Assembly: GCF_963921235.1 (NCBI RefSeq)
Contig: NC_086097.1
Location: 69,752,001-69,816,000, forward strand
Reading direction: 5' to 3'
DNA from: Mobula hypostoma
Lineage: Eukaryota
Length of the DNA stretch: 64,000 nt
In this document: positions 1-14,010 of the stretch, piece after piece
How the letters are laid out: each line of letters starts with the position of its first letter
Position numbering within the stretch: position 1 is the stretch's first letter
Made by a program: the position numbers and the translations under genes
The notes under the pieces: model-generated
What the model was told of the DNA's origin: nothing
The model's database searches: none
Seen by the model: the letters and a program-made list of their open reading frames with translations, nothing else

Positions 1-147
1 GAGTGCAAGTATAATAAAATAGATGCAGGGTTATGTTCTCATTAAGGAATGGAAACTTGTTTTTGTCTCATCTGTATCTCTTCATCTGTTAATTTGATGT
101 AAATTTCTTGTTAAATGCTTTAAAAAAAATTAATGTAAGGATGTCCT

Positions 148-168
148 TGAGAGAGAGAGAGAGAGGGA
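148..168. repeat. (GA)n microsatellite
   Basis: Short GA dinucleotide run visible in the sequence. Confidence 0.8.
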
Positions 169-3109
169 GATTGTTTGGCACTAAGTAAATGAAAGAATGA
201 AATTTGTCAAGTGCTAATCTATCACTTTTGAATGAATTCCACCATGAATTAAAGTCAGTGTCACGAAACTAAATGCGATAAGATTATGATCAGAGAAGTA
301 GCACTTGAGTCTCAGCAATTGATTTGATTTGAATGGGGATGAAGTTGGGCCAAGGAGGAGGGAAGTACCTACTGCAAGAAATAATCTTCACCTGTCGGGT
401 GGAGTGGGTTTATTTGTGGTGTTTTATGAATAGTCCTTTGATGATAAGAATATTGACGAACAATACTTCTTTTGCGTACCTGAACACTTTCCATTTTAAA
501 GTTATACTTTCGGGAACCACCACCTTTTAGAATGTAAATAGATCTAGATTGTTAGCACCGGTAATTTCTGTAGAAGTTGTAAATTTCTATGTACATTAAA
601 TAAAATTGAAACAGATGATAAGCATGCTTTCTGGTGTTTGATTGTTCTGAACAGGCTGCCCAGGGCATTGAATTGACTATGATGCTCTGTGATATTGATT
701 TTGTATATACCTGATATTTGAATGTAATCTAAAATGAGGCTATCCCTTAAAATCACAGTTCTTTTTTTAAATTAAAAATGTTTCTAAGTGGTTAAGAAAT
801 GAGAGAATATGGGTTTATATGGTATGTTTTATAACTTCAAGTGGATGTAATATGATTGAAGTGTAAAAGACTAGCACAATACAGCTGTAATATGGAAATA
901 TGGTACATTTCGTTTCAGCTAGATTTCACAAGAACAGTGAAATACACAATATTGATTGTGGGCTAAATTTTATCCAGCACACATGAGATTACAGATGGAA
1001 TCTTGAATTAATGTCTCATATGAAAGATACCTTAATAATGCCGTGCTCACTCTGTACTGCACAGAAGTGCCGAAATGGATTAACAGTTCACTTGTCCAAA
1101 GCAGATTGGGGCTTTAGTGAGAGTACCAATATTGAGCCATGCTAATCCTTGTATAGTTCATTCCACAACCTACTGAATCTGGTCGAGACCTAACATCAAT
1201 TTAAGCAAATTTGTATAAGCTTCTGTAAATTTTTAAGTAAAAATGTCATAAATTAAAAATCAGACAGTGCATCTTAATTGGGATTTTGTGTGGTACTGAC
1301 ATTTTCTATATGAATTTATGTTGAAGCTTTTAAAGTATACACTTCTTGAAGAATGTAATGTATTGAAGCTTTTGACTTTTGATCAGATAAGTTTGTCTTT
1401 GACCCAGATAATTGATCGAACAGAGTTTGAATGTCTGCCTCAGTGTTGTCATTAAGCAGCTCCGTCACATATCTGTCCTTCTAAATGAGGCTTGGCATGT
1501 TTGCATCCTTGTTGTTCCACTGGGGTATCTTAACTTTTTAGGCCTGTCATTGAAGTGGTAGTGAGTACATTCCTTTTTATGTTGGCACAAGATGTTGCAT
1601 ATGACAAAGATGCCTGAACACGTTCAGGGTTTTTGTTACAATACTTGTCTTTTGGGCAGATGTCCGGCGTGTGATAGAATTCTTTTCAGTTGCTTGGATT
1701 AATGCAGCTTTATCAGAATTTAAGAAGCTCAGGATCATCCAGGATGAAACAGCCTGTTTGATCTGCCTCCTGTTAAAAGTTCACACTCATTGTCATCAGT
1801 CCACTGTATTTATAATATATATCATCTCTATGTAACATAGCGATTTGTAGGCAGCTTTAATAACAATTTCTGGAAGCATGGCCTCTATCACCTAGAAGGT
1901 CTGAGATGCTCTTCTTGAGTGACTTTCACCCTAGATTTGAGAGTTTTTAGGTGGCTAATGAGAGTAGATTCTTCCTTAGGGACTAGGTGCATAGATTTAG
2001 CACCATCTGTAGGATTCCCTTCAAGTTGTTTAGGACTTTAACTTGATACAAATTATTATTTGTCATTGGTGGAACAAGATCATGGAATTCCTTATCAAAC
2101 AGCAATGTGGGAATTGTAGTGGTTCAAGACAGTGGCTCATTACCACAGCCACCTCAAAATAAAATTAAAGATGGCCAGAAGTGCTGAAATGGTCAACAAT
2201 TCCAGCATTTCTTAAATTAATAACATTTATTAAAAATTAATAAATTGTCTGTTTAAGTGAAGCATGGCTGAGTTTTACTTCCAACTAACTTCCATTTGGG
2301 ATACACTTCTATTTAAATTGAACTTGATTTTGCTCTCTTCAATTTCTGTTACCCATGTTCTTGTAAATATTTAAATCTACCATTTAAGGTATTAAAAATG
2401 GAACCAAAACTGGTTCAGGGATAGGAAATGAAAGGTAAGACTCAGTGGGCTGAATGGTCTAATTCTGCTCTATGGGTTACGGTCTATTGTACTCTGTGGG
2501 AAAGCCAAGGATTTTATTCATTAATGAAATGAACTTTTCTGAAATCTGTGCAACTGGTGAGAACTGTGTATTTAGGTTTGATAGTAATGAATTGATATGA
2601 TTAAGACTTGTGATATTTTGGCAACAATTTGAGGAAAAGCAAATATTTGATTATGGGGTACGAAGCAATTTATATAATATGTATAAAAGTTCTGAAAAAC
2701 AACTATGCACTGAAATTTCAATATACACCATTTATTTGCATTTGTTTGTCTCATATCACAAATATATAATCTGTTTAAAGCTATTTATTCTTTAGAACTC
2801 AGCAATTGAACTGTTTCTTCAGATAAGAACTTACTAGACCACCTTATAGAAACAGATTGTTTATGGTGCCAACAGGATTCAGGGAAACACACCCAAGTGC
2901 CAGCAAGTTCAAGATTTTCATGCATGCATGGTCAGCTGCTTATTTCTTGACCATCCCCCACCCTCAACTGTATTCATAAGGAGAATAGATGCAATTGACT
3001 ATGGCTGAGTGACAGTATTTCTAGTTAATTATATTGCTGTGACATGTTTTTGTTATGAAGCATATTTTACATTATATTTAAAGAAAGGAAACATTCTTTG
3101 AAATCGTTG

Positions 3110-3215
3110 GCAACACGTACACAATTCTGGAGGAACTCAACAGGCCAGGCAGCATCAATGGAAAAGAATAAAAGTGTACACTCAATGTTTTGGTCCGAAA
3201 TCCTTCAGCAGATGA
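3110..3215 (-). mobile_element. Degenerate Penelope-like element terminal repeat fragment
   Basis: ctggaggaactcaacaggccaggcagcatc...aatgttttggtccgaaatccttcagcag resembles the copies at 22826, 32374 and 47205. Confidence 0.7.
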
Positions 3216-3449
3216 AATTGTTGGGTTTGTTTTCAGTTTTATCAATTGGCTAACATATTTTGACTATATCCAATATTCAATAGTAATACAGCACTGTGTT
3301 AGCAACATTACCCCTCCCATTTTGTATTTGGACCAGGCAATGGATTAAAATATTTGCAGTTATTGGACTTGCTACACAGGGCAATTAGATTTATCAGCAC
3401 AGTATTAGAACATTTTTCCAATACCTTAACAAAATGGAGTAATATAAAA

Positions 3450-3605
3450 ACAATGTTCTGAAAATGCTCAGTATGTCAGGCAGCATCTATGGATAGAGAA
3501 ATAGTTAACATGAAGGGTCCCAGACTTGAATCATTAATTGTTTCTCTTTCCACAGGTGCTGCCTGACACGGTGAGTGTAGCAGCATTTCCCACTTGTATT
3601 TTAGA
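3450..3605. mobile_element. Old palindromic Penelope-like terminal-repeat remnant
   Basis: gtcaggcagcatctatggatagagaaatagttaa pairs with ttaattgtttctctttccacaggtgctgcctgac as inverted arms. Confidence 0.6.
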
Positions 3606-3699
3606 CTTTTTTTTATGTATGTGGAATGATATGCTTGAAAAGGAAAGTCATATTCTCTTGTGGATATTTATTAATTCCAGTATTTTAATATATTTCCTT

Positions 3700-5150
3700 A
3701 AAAATTACTGAAGAGAACCAGGGAACTGTTGATTCCACTGTTTCAGAAGGAAGGAGGGAGACATAATGACATGCTTGACAAATGTCAGTCATAGATCAGT
3801 GGGAATAAAACTGGAATGTATATTTGAGGCACTTAAAAGAATAAGAGGATTGACGAAGTTAGCATGCATTTATACCTGGCTAACATGCTAGAGATTTATT
3901 TTGGAGAATGTGAGTTGCAAGAGGTCTGCACTAGATGGCTTTGAGGATTGAGTGGATCTGGTGTATTTAGTTTTTGAATTTTTGTAAGATTTATAAGGTC
4001 CCACGCAGGATGGAACACTTGTGATTGAGGGTTATGCTGAATGGATCAGGAATTAATCGATGACAGCAAGCAAAGGGTGGTAACAAATGGGACTGCCTTA
4101 GGCCAACAGGGTGGGATTTGTTGCTTGGGGCTGGGAACCAGCTACTTACAATTTACATCAATAATTTGGCGGAAGCGGCAAATGTTATTTTTTCAAGTGT
4201 TCTGTTGATATAAAACACGATGAAATTTTGAGTTCCAAGGATGACGTACAGAGGCTTTAAGGAGATAAAGCCAAGTTGAGCAAGTACTTGAGAATATTGC
4301 AGGAGGAAATGAGGAAATACAGAAGGTCAGTTACTTCAGTGCACAAAATGGAGAAGTATAGTAGTTTAAGTGGTGAGAGATTGGGTAAAGAGATCTAGGT
4401 TCATTTGTGTGTCAATCACTAAATGCAAAACAGCAAACAATTAGTAAGGCACATTGTATCTTCACTTTTATTATAAGAATATCTGAATGCAGTTTTAAGG
4501 ATGCAGTGACATTGTTTGGGGCCTCGGTGAAATTGTGTGCAGTGTATTGTGCCTGGCGTTGATCTCCCCTAAGAAAGAATGAACTTGCCAAAGAGGATAT
4601 GCAGAAAAGATACAATAGACTGGTTCAATGGATAATGGGTTTGTTATAGGAAGAGAATTTGAGAGACTGTGCCTTCATTCTCTATAAAATGTGAAGAGAT
4701 CTCATTTTGATATGCAAAGTACATGGACTTGGCACATGAGATGGGAAGATGCTTTTCTGACTAAAGATGTCCAGTTATTTGAGAATCAGTTTCCAAAAAT
4801 CTCCAGACTTCAGAGTTCGAAAGTTTCACTGCCCTCAGAGAAAAATCATAAATGACCTTCCCCCCCTTATTTTGAGACTGATTTTCAAAATAAGGGGAAG
4901 GTAATTTAAGACTTTCTCTTAAGGATGGCAGATCTTTAGAATCCTCTAGTCCAGATGTCTTTGGCGATTAAGTCGTTCAATAAAACCAGAGGTCATTAGC
5001 TTTTTCGACCATAAGGGAATCAAGGGATATGAGGCAGTGCAAGTAAATTATTCCGAAATAGAAAATCAGCCCATGAGTGTGATGAATGACGAGCAATTTT
5101 AAGGGCCAAATAGCCCATTTCTTATGCCCTCCTGCTTCTTATGCTCTTGT
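3700..5150 (+). mobile_element. Old, heavily decayed CR1 LINE (RT region and 3' UTR)
   Basis: Degenerate CR1 ORF2 motifs and a 3' UTR-like ...aagggccaaatagccc...ttcttatgctcttgtg; no intact frame. Confidence 0.6.
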
Positions 5151-7299
5151 GTTATCTTATTATTGACATTAGGAAATATAATAGAATCTTTACTCCAATG
5201 TGCAATGGAGAAATTACTGAAAATTGAAAAGGTAATGGTGGATAAATTGCTGTCAGTGCAGGCTGCAATCTCTGTAGTGACATTCTGCACTGTGAGAGGA
5301 CCTCATTAAATAGTCTTGCAGGAAAATAAGCTCCATTTACAACAATACTTTGTAAAAAAAAAGATTATCACTTAATCTGCATTCCTGTTTAGCTGACTGC
5401 CAAAACATTGTTTCTGATATTCAAAAACACTCAAAGCTTATTAAAGATCAATTCTGACTGTTAAAACTTAAAACAACCTGTGTCACAATGTAAGCGTGTA
5501 GAGAAAAATGAGAAATAACTGACATCCAACTATAATCAATTGCAACAATTAATACTAATGACCCCAGTAGTGGGAAAATCATCAAGAAATTGGCAGCACT
5601 CCCATGCATGCATGAAAATTCTGAACTTGCACTTGATCAGGGAATTTTTGTAAATTGTATATGTAACTGCTGATTATTTCCCTGCTAATTTCAATCGATT
5701 AGTAATAATGAATTTCAAAATGAGTTTGTGCCTAATTAATTTGATTGAACTATTTAAGTAACATAATAGATGAGATGATACCAGGTATTATTTCAAAAAT
5801 TATGTGAGAAGATATTACATGGTAGAATCCTAACATGGTATCAGCAAATATGTAGCTTATATGGTACATCAGAGTGAGGAATTTCAATATAATTTCTAAA
5901 TTGCAGGTGATGCTAAATTTAATGGTTGTGTGATGTGGCTCAGTTAATAATGAGGAGGAATACATCAAAATAAACTACATACATGTTAAACAGGTGTAAT
6001 TAACAAATTAATTTCAGTAGTTAATTGCAGGTTGATATTGATGAGAATAATAAGGAAGCTGCACACAGGAATAGATTAGAAGAATAAAGGGATTTAGGTG
6101 TTCAGATACACAAATGATTGAAAGAAACAGTCTAATTAGTTTTTTAAAAAAAAGCAAAGAATTGGATTCATTCCTAGACACATCAAATTAGAAACAGATA
6201 TGTGGAATATGTAGAACGTTGGACGATGACACTTGTTGCTGTGTACAATTCTGGCCTACAGTTTATAAATTTAGGATGAAGGCACAGCAAAAATGCAACT
6301 AAGATTAGTAAGAGTATTATTAGAACTGAGAAGATTGACTGAAAAGGATGAATAAACTGACCCTCCCAGTTCAAAGCTAGATGTCATCATTCATAGATTG
6401 GGAATTTGAGTGAAAATGTAACCAAAGAGCCATAAGAATGAATGTGCTGTCAGAAGGTATAGTTATGGCAAATATAAGGGTTTACTGATGAAGGAAGTTT
6501 GGAGGCTATTGTTTTAACTTAAATTTTGGCATGACCCTTTTGGGATAAATGGACTTCTTGTGGGTAGTACAATCTGTAAAATCATGAAGCTGTGAATTCT
6601 GTCTCTATAATACATTAATTACATGATTAGATGTTGATGTATCTCTAAAACTAATTTGTCATTTACCTAATAGCTGTTTGTGGGATCTTATTTGTAGGTT
6701 TGGTGCCATGGCATTTAAACTACAGTGGTAATGCCACTTCAAAAACACTTGATTGTGGGGAAAAAAAAACACTTGAGAAGTCCTAAGGTTATGAAAGATG
6801 CTATATAAATGGACTCATTTCTTTAAATGGTCAAAACCCAGTATTTTATTGTTTTAGATTCAAACAGAGATGCAAGTTTGTAATTGATAGAACAAAAATC
6901 TTTACCAGTTATACTTGCTGTAACCTATTTGAATTTCTGTTTGAACCAGATTAGAGCAAGTATAACATGTTCAGAATTTTCTCTGTATCAAATCTGCTTT
7001 TATAGTGAAACTTTATGAAAACTTTATTTAAAAAATCTTTCGTTGAGAACATTTGCAAAGTAAATTTATTTTATTAAATCCCTGTTGTGGTAATACCTTC
7101 TAACCTGCACTCTGGAGGTCTGATTTGGTGAATTTGGCACATCTGTTGTTCTGTTATTAATGACTGTGCAGAAGTTGTCATTAGTTTATTCCACTTATAT
7201 CCGTGTTAGATTAATGTAGAAGTAATTAAAGTAGCTTTGTTGTTTTGTGCACATGTCCAGCATGTCTTGGAATGCAATAATCTATGAAGCATTCATGTT

Positions 7300-7590
7300 T
7301 CTCACAACATAGGAGGAGTTTATCTGGTCTATGCCAGCTCTCAGAGCAGACTCATAATTCACCTGCCCTCACATTTCCAGGTAACCTGCTCTTTCACCTG
7401 CCCATCTATACCTCTTTTTGCACATTAGTCACTAATTAACCTAAATGTCAGCAAGTCTTTGGGATTTGTAAGGAAATCCAGAAGAAACACACACAGTCAT
7501 CAGGAAAATGTTCAACACCCAAGGCACGATTGAGTTTGGGTCTCTGGAGCTGTGAGATAGCAATGCTAGTAGCAGTTCAACCTTTCTGCC
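7300..7590 (-). mobile_element. Degenerate tRNA-derived (V-SINE-like) element
   Basis: Reverse-strand similarity to the SINE at 16630 (gtctttgggatttgtaaggaaatccagaagaaacacacacagtca...gggtctctggagctgtgag). Confidence 0.5.
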
Positions 7591-8347
7591 ATTTGAGGTA
7601 AAATAAAAAAAACTGAGCATGAAAAATCAATTTATTAATCTTAACCTCATGGATTACTTGACATGAATTTTTGGATTTTCAGAATATAAGAGCTCTATTT
7701 GTTGAGGACTGTGATTTTTGTACCCAAAAGATATATTTCCTAATATACTGTAATCTATTTTCCTCCTTAAACTGAATATTTACTGCCTGTGAAAACAACT
7801 TTATTTTATACATTTGAAACAGAAATACTGCAGCCAGTTTGTATACAGTGAAGTCCTACAAGTGAGTTCAGACTGTCATCAACCCATTTGTGGATGAATG
7901 ATCAGTGTTGGCCAACGCAAGAGGAAAGCCTGCTCTCAGATGTGAACGTATTTAAAAAAAAACTACTTTCTCAATACAGAGAAATACAAAGTCTTGGTAA
8001 TAGCCAACAATTGATACCTGTTTTGCACATTTCTCACACTGAACATTGCAATGGATTTTGAGGTTAAAAATTAATTTTATTGCATTTTACTTTCAATAAC
8101 TCAGCTACTCAATAGATTTTTTCCGTTTAATATTTCATGTTGAAGGCAGTGGTCAACAATCAAGCTTGCTACATCATTAGAGTGGGAACAATGACTGCAA
8201 CACAAAGAACAGGAAAAAACCTGCAACACTAGAAGTGGGAACAATGATTGACTCCTCCCATTCTTATTTAGGGCATCACTATTGCACTCACTAAATAAGA
8301 TTTTTTAGAACATTGACATATGCTAACAATTTTATTTCTTTCTAAAG

Positions 8348-8421
8348 GGCAAAATATCATAAATTAAAATACGGCACAGAATTGAATCAAGGTGACTTAA
8401 GGATGCCAACATTTGAATCAG
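8348..8421 (+). CDS. STRN3: Striatin-3 coding exon (human exon 3 equivalent), 74 nt
   Basis: Branch-like CTAAC (8323-8327), pyrimidine tract and AAG acceptor. Encodes (R)AKYHKLKYGTELNQGDLRMPTFES, matching recalled human STRN3 RAKYHKLKYGTELNQGDLKMPTFES. Donor G|GTAATA. Confidence 0.96.
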
Positions 8422-9274
8422 GTAATAAAAGCAGATTAAATACTATTACAAAGCATGTCTTTTTTTTAAAGAAACATTTTAACTTTATGGTAGTTTCAGA
8501 TTTGTTTTCAACAGTTTATTTGTAGTTGTTTGTAAGATATTTCTTATGCATTTATGTCAATGTATACAACATTACTTAGGGCTATCATAAAATTATTTTA
8601 GAATGCTTTGTTTAGGATGTAACAAGAAATGAGTTATTTTTGCCAGGTTTAAATTTACAATGACATGAGGCCAAGTTTTGACTGAGGAATGTGTTTCAAT
8701 AATGGGTGGAATGTGGAATTAAACAACAAGATTGCGAGGAAGTTTATGTTGATTTGTGTTGTGCTGTTAATTAGCTTTATTATAATGACATCTCACGTGC
8801 ACTTCATGGGATTTACATGATGTTCCTGTGCCCGTGAGTTAATTGGACATCATATTGCAGAAGACTATCAGCTTAAGTGCACTTGTAACAAGATGATTGA
8901 CAGTGACTTAATTATCCTTACTGTTTCTTTAGGAAGTAGGTGTGGTATCCAAATATTCAAGAGACATAAAATGACAAATTTATTTTTTCATATTTTTCAT
9001 TATTTCCCTTTTTTGTCTTTTTCCCTCTTTCTTAAGATGCGCTGCTTTTGTCTCCATTTTGGCACTGACCACCCACTTAATTCTTAAATCTCTTTGGTTA
9101 AAGAGAAGCTTCACTGATCTTGTCCACCATTGCCTAGTTAGCATTATTAAAATTTTCATGAATTAAAATATGACCCAGAACTTTGAAACTAAATCTGGAA
9201 TTGTATTGATAACAATTAGAGCACATCTGAGATATGCTTTTGGAAAAGAATTACCCACAGACCATTCACGCAGT

Positions 9275-10810
9275 TAGAACATAAAACTGTACAGCACAGG
9301 AACAAGCCTTTCAGCCCACTGTGTTGTGCCGAACTAAATTAATTAGGAAGCAAATGCCCAACTAAATTAATCCCTTCTAGCTACATAATATCTATATCTT
9401 TCCACTTCCTGCACTTTCTTGTACCAATCTTCTTGAATGCCTCCACTATCAGACATGTCAGCACATTCCAGGCAGCTGTCACTCTTTGTGTAAACAAAGA
9501 AAAAAAAAATTGCCCTGCATATCTTTGAATTTAGCCCCTTTCACCTTCAGTGCATGCCTGCTGGTATTAGATAATTCAACCTTGGAAAAGATGATAGTTG
9601 CTGTGCTCTATCTGTGCCTCTCATCATATAAACATCAGTAAGATCTGTCCTCTGCCTGTGCCACTCAAGAGAAAACAATCCAAGTTTGTCCAGCCTCTTC
9701 TTGCAGAGCATACTCTCTAATCCAGGCAGCATTCTTGAAAACCTCTTCTATACCTTTTCCAAAGCTTCAACCACCTTCCTGTGATGGAGTGATCAGAATT
9801 GAATGCAACCTAACTGGATGTGACCTAACTGGAGCTTTATAAAGCTGCAAAATCCTGATTCTTGAACTCTCTTCTCAACTAATAAAAGCAAGCAGCACAC
9901 ACACCATATACCAGTGTGGAACATCACTTGTCACAGGCCTCCAGCCAGAATGTTTCATTAACCACTATCCACTATCTTTTTTGGGCAAGCCGATTTTGAA
10001 TCCAGACAGACAATTCACTAATGCATCTTAATCTTGTGCATGAGCCTACCCTGATAGAATGTGTCAAGTTCCTTAGTAAAATCCATGCAGTCAGTGTCCA
10101 CAGTTCTGCCTTTATCAACCACCTTTGTTACCTCTTTGAAAAACTGAATCAAATTAGTAAGACATGACTGAGCCTTGCATGCAGCAAGCCATGCTGACTG
10201 TCCCTAATTAGGCCATGGTTTCCAAAATGCTCATAAATCCTACCCCGAAGATTCTTTTCCAATGCCTTCGAGATCACTGATGTGAGACTTGCCAATCTAT
10301 AGTTTCTAGGATTTCCTTCCTTGAATAATGGAACAACATTGGCTTCTTGCCTGTGGCTAGATAGGACACAAAGGTATTTGCCAGGGCCCCAGCAATCTCA
10401 TCTATTGCCACTCTCAATATCCCATCAGGCCCTGAGAACTTATCCACCGTAATGTCCAACACTACCTCCTTTATCCCGAAATGCTGGAGTATGTTAGCAT
10501 GCTCCACATTTATCTTCCTGTCGTCCATGTCCTTTACTTGGGCAAATCGTGATGCCTGTATCCTGCTGCTCCAAGCGTTTTATCCTTGAGTGATCCTACC
10601 TGCTTGCAGTTATCCCGTTGTATAGAATGCCGTGGGATTTCTTTAATCTTGCCAAGGACTTTTTATAACTTCTGGCTCTCCTAATTTCCATCTTGAGGTT
10701 TTTTCCCAGCTTCTTTATATTCCTTAAGAGCTTTGTTTGATTTTAGTTTCCTGAACTTAGATATGGTTCCTTTTTCTTGTCTTAATTCGCCAACACTCTC
10801 AACAACCAAG
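9275..10810 (-). mobile_element. CR1 LINE, decayed ORF2 and 3' UTR
   Basis: ORF fragments MLPGLES..RLDKLGLFSLE and DKFSGPDGI..EIAGALA; CR1 3' end (tagaacataaaactgtacagcacagg) at the left edge. Confidence 0.85.
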
Positions 10811-11221
10811 ATGTAGAACCATTTCACAACTGGTTAATCTTGTGCCCTTCAAATTAAGTGCACATAGAATATTTGGATAATAGTAGCTAATGTGTATTAA
10901 AACAAATAATTCTGTAGTGAATTTCTACCTAGTCTTTTCTAGGATTCAAACCCAAAGATACATTTTCAAGATAAGTTGTGTGAACTTAAGTTGGTTTGCT
11001 CTGGAAATCATGATCTTCAAAGCTTAGTTAACCTGTTCTGTGGTGATGGTGCTACCAAACTACTCTTGGTGATAGACAATGGAAAGAAAGAAAAGTATGT
11101 TCAGGTTATTATTGCTATATTAAGTTACTCTCTGTCCTCGTTACCGCCAGTGAATCTTGTGTGTTGTTCAGCTTCAAATTTGAAATTGTCAAGGGCCAGA
11201 AATGAATGTAGTCACTATTAC

Positions 11222-11465
11222 TCAAGAGAAGGTGCTTGGGCAGCTGAAGGGTTTGAAGGTAGATAAATCACCTGAACCAGATGGATTGCACCCCAGGGGT
11301 AGTCTGAAAGAGTAGCTAAGGAGATGTTGGAAGCATTAGTAGTAATCTTTTAAGAATCACTAGATTCTGGAATGGTTCCAGAGTACTGGAAAATTGCAAA
11401 TGTCACTTTACTCTTTAAAAAGGGATGACGGCAAAAGATGGGAAATTATAGGCCAGTTGGCCTGC
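11222..11465 (+). mobile_element. CR1 ORF2 fragment
   Basis: Encodes degenerate DKSP.PDGLHPR...SLDSGMVPEYWKIANVTLLFK..GNYRPV. Confidence 0.8.
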
Positions 11466-11491
11466 CTTTAATGGTCGGCAAGATATTAACC

Positions 11492-12085
11492 TGTTGTGAC
11501 TGACTTTAAACTGAGCCATACTGAGTCTGTATTCACACAGCAAGCCTACATGAGAGAGTCCAAGACGATCTGTCTCAAAATTCAAAGTACATTTATTATC
11601 AAAGTTCATGACACAATGTTTTACACTAATACAACACAAAACTAACCAACAATTAACCATAGTTTCAGTTACTATAATCACCTACTTTAACATTTTGAGC
11701 ATAATCAGATAAATTTTCAGAATTACATATTTACAATAGTAGCACATCCAAACTAGTAGAACACCTTGTATATTCTATACTAGTGTCTGTTCCAAAAGTA
11801 CAAACTCTTGACACCCACAATATACCCCTTTTGTTATAGTGGTGAGAAATGGCTCAGTGAATATACAATTAACCAGAAGGTTGAAGTGACAAAACAGATT
11901 TGTCCTGAATTGTGATATTAAGTAGCAGGGATACACGTTACTAATGATATGCTAATAGAATATGCTAATAGAAAGAACATTAATCTGTTGTCTTTCCCTA
12001 TGTAATTTCAGTGGTACACAATCAAAATGTCTCACACCTTGGTTTAGCCACAAAGCATCAATTGGAAGTTAAATCGTGTAAGTTT
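11492..12085 (-). mobile_element. Possible LTR (11492-11819) with polypurine tract and a short internal remnant
   Basis: Minus strand reads AAAAGGGG (PPT-like), then TGT at 11819, AATAAA (11592-11597) and CACAACA ending at 11492. Interrupts a CR1. Confidence 0.35.
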
Positions 12086-12094
12086 TATTTCCTG

Positions 12095-14010
12095 TAGATT
12101 GGCAGAAAGCAAAAAGTTGAGAGGGAAAGGGGGGGCTTTTCTGATTGGCTGCCAGTGACTAGTAGTGTTCTGCAGAGGTTAGTATTGGTTCCGCTACTTT
12201 TCACGTTGGATGACGGAATTGATAGCTTTGTGCCAAATTTCTGAATGATACAAAGATAGCTGGAAGGCCAGTTATTGTTGAGAAAACAGCAAGTCTGTAG
12301 AAGTACTTGCACAGACTAGGAGAGTGGACAAAGGAATGGCAAATGGAATATAATGTAGTGAACGGTGTGGTCATGCACTTTGGTATAAGGATTAAAGGCG
12401 TAGTCTGTTTTTTAAATGGAATGCAAATTCAGAAATCAGAAGGTGAAAGGATTGCCAAAAGGTGAAATTGCAGGTTGAGTCGGTAGTAGAAAGCAAATGC
12501 AACTTGAGCACTTATTTCTAAAGGACTGCACTATAAAAGCAAGGATGTAATGCTGGGGCTTTATAAGGCATTGGTTAGACTGCAGTTTGGCCCCCTTACC
12601 TAAGAAAGATTGCCACACGAGACTTCTCAACAAGTTAAAATCCTGTGGCGTTACAGGAGAGACACTGGTATGGATAGACAAATGGCTGAGAGGCAGGAGG
12701 CAGCGAGTGGGAATAAAAGGGGCCTTTTCTGGTTGCCTGCCAGTGACTAGTGGTGTTCCTCAGGGATCAATATTAGGACTGCTACTTTTCACATTGTTTG
12801 TCAATGATTTAGATAATGGAATGGATGGCTTTGTGGCAAAGTTTGCAGATGATATGAAGATATGTGGAGAAGTTGGTAGTGCTGAGGAAGCAATGTGATT
12901 GCAGAAGGACTTAGACAAATTGGAAGAATGGGCAAAAAAGTGGTAGATGGAAGACAGTGGTAGGAAATGTATGATAATGAATTTTGGTAAAAGGATCACT
13001 AGTGCAGACTATTATCTAAATGGGGAGAAGGTTCAAACATCAGAGGTGCAGAGGGACTTAGGAGTCCTTGTGCAAGACACCCAGAAGGTTAATTTACAGG
13101 TTGAGTCTGTGGTAAAGAAGGCAAATGCAATGTTGGCATTTATTTCAAGGGGAATAGAATATAAAAGCAAAGAGATAATGATGAGACTTTATAAGACACA
13201 AGTCAGGTCACACTTGGAGTATTGTCAACAGTTTTGGGCCCCATATCTCAGAAAGGATGTATTGTCATTGGAGAGAGTCCAGAGGAGGTTCACAAAGATG
13301 ATTCCAGGAATGAAGGGGTTAACATATGAAGAGCATTTGGCAGCTTTGGGCCTGTATTACTATCACAGCTCTGCATTAGAACAGCTTTAGAAGAATGTGG
13401 GGGCTCTCATTGAAACCTACCGAATGTTGAAAGGACTAGATAAAGTGGATGTAGAGAGGATATTTCCTATGATGGGGATATCCAGAACTAGAGGGAACAG
13501 TCTCAAAATTGAGGGGTGACCTTTTAGAACAGAGAAATATTTTTAGCCAGGGAGTAGTGAATCTGTGGAATGCTTTGCCACAGACTGTCCAGAGGAGTAT
13601 ACTTAAGGTAGAAATTGATAGTTTCCTTATTGGTCAGGGCATCAAAGGATATGGCGAGAAGGCAGGTGTATGGGGTTGAGTGGGATCCAGGATCAACCAT
13701 GATGGAATGGCAGAGCAGACTCGATGGGCTGAATGGCCTACTTCTGCTCCTGTGTCTTATGGTCTAATAATAATATGGTCTAAAGACTATGCTGGCATTG
13801 GAGAGGGCCCAAAGAAGGGTTATGAGAATGATCCTGGGAATGAAAGGGTTAACTTATGAAATGCTCTTGATTCGTAAGGCTGACAAGGGTTATGAAGACA
13901 TGGTAGGAAAATTGGGTTGAGGGGAAATATAAAACAGTCATGATCAATTAGCAGAGCAGACTCTGGGTGGTGAATGGCCCAATTCTGGTCCTATGTCTTA
14001 TGGTTTTATG
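12095..14010 (+). mobile_element. Nested CR1 LINEs: younger 5'-truncated copy (~12610-13770) inside an older copy
   Basis: RT ORFs with SGVPQGSILG..FADD and YKTQVRSHLEYC..LERVQRRFTKMIPG. The host breaks at ccttacctaagaaaga and resumes at aaagactatgctggcattggag. Two 3' UTRs are present. Confidence 0.9.

Noticed and set aside
1..8347. STRN3 exon 2 (ARIAFLQGERKGQENLKK...) or another gene
   Set aside because: No such coding sequence found; the short ORFs are AT-rich noise, so this is treated as intron 2.
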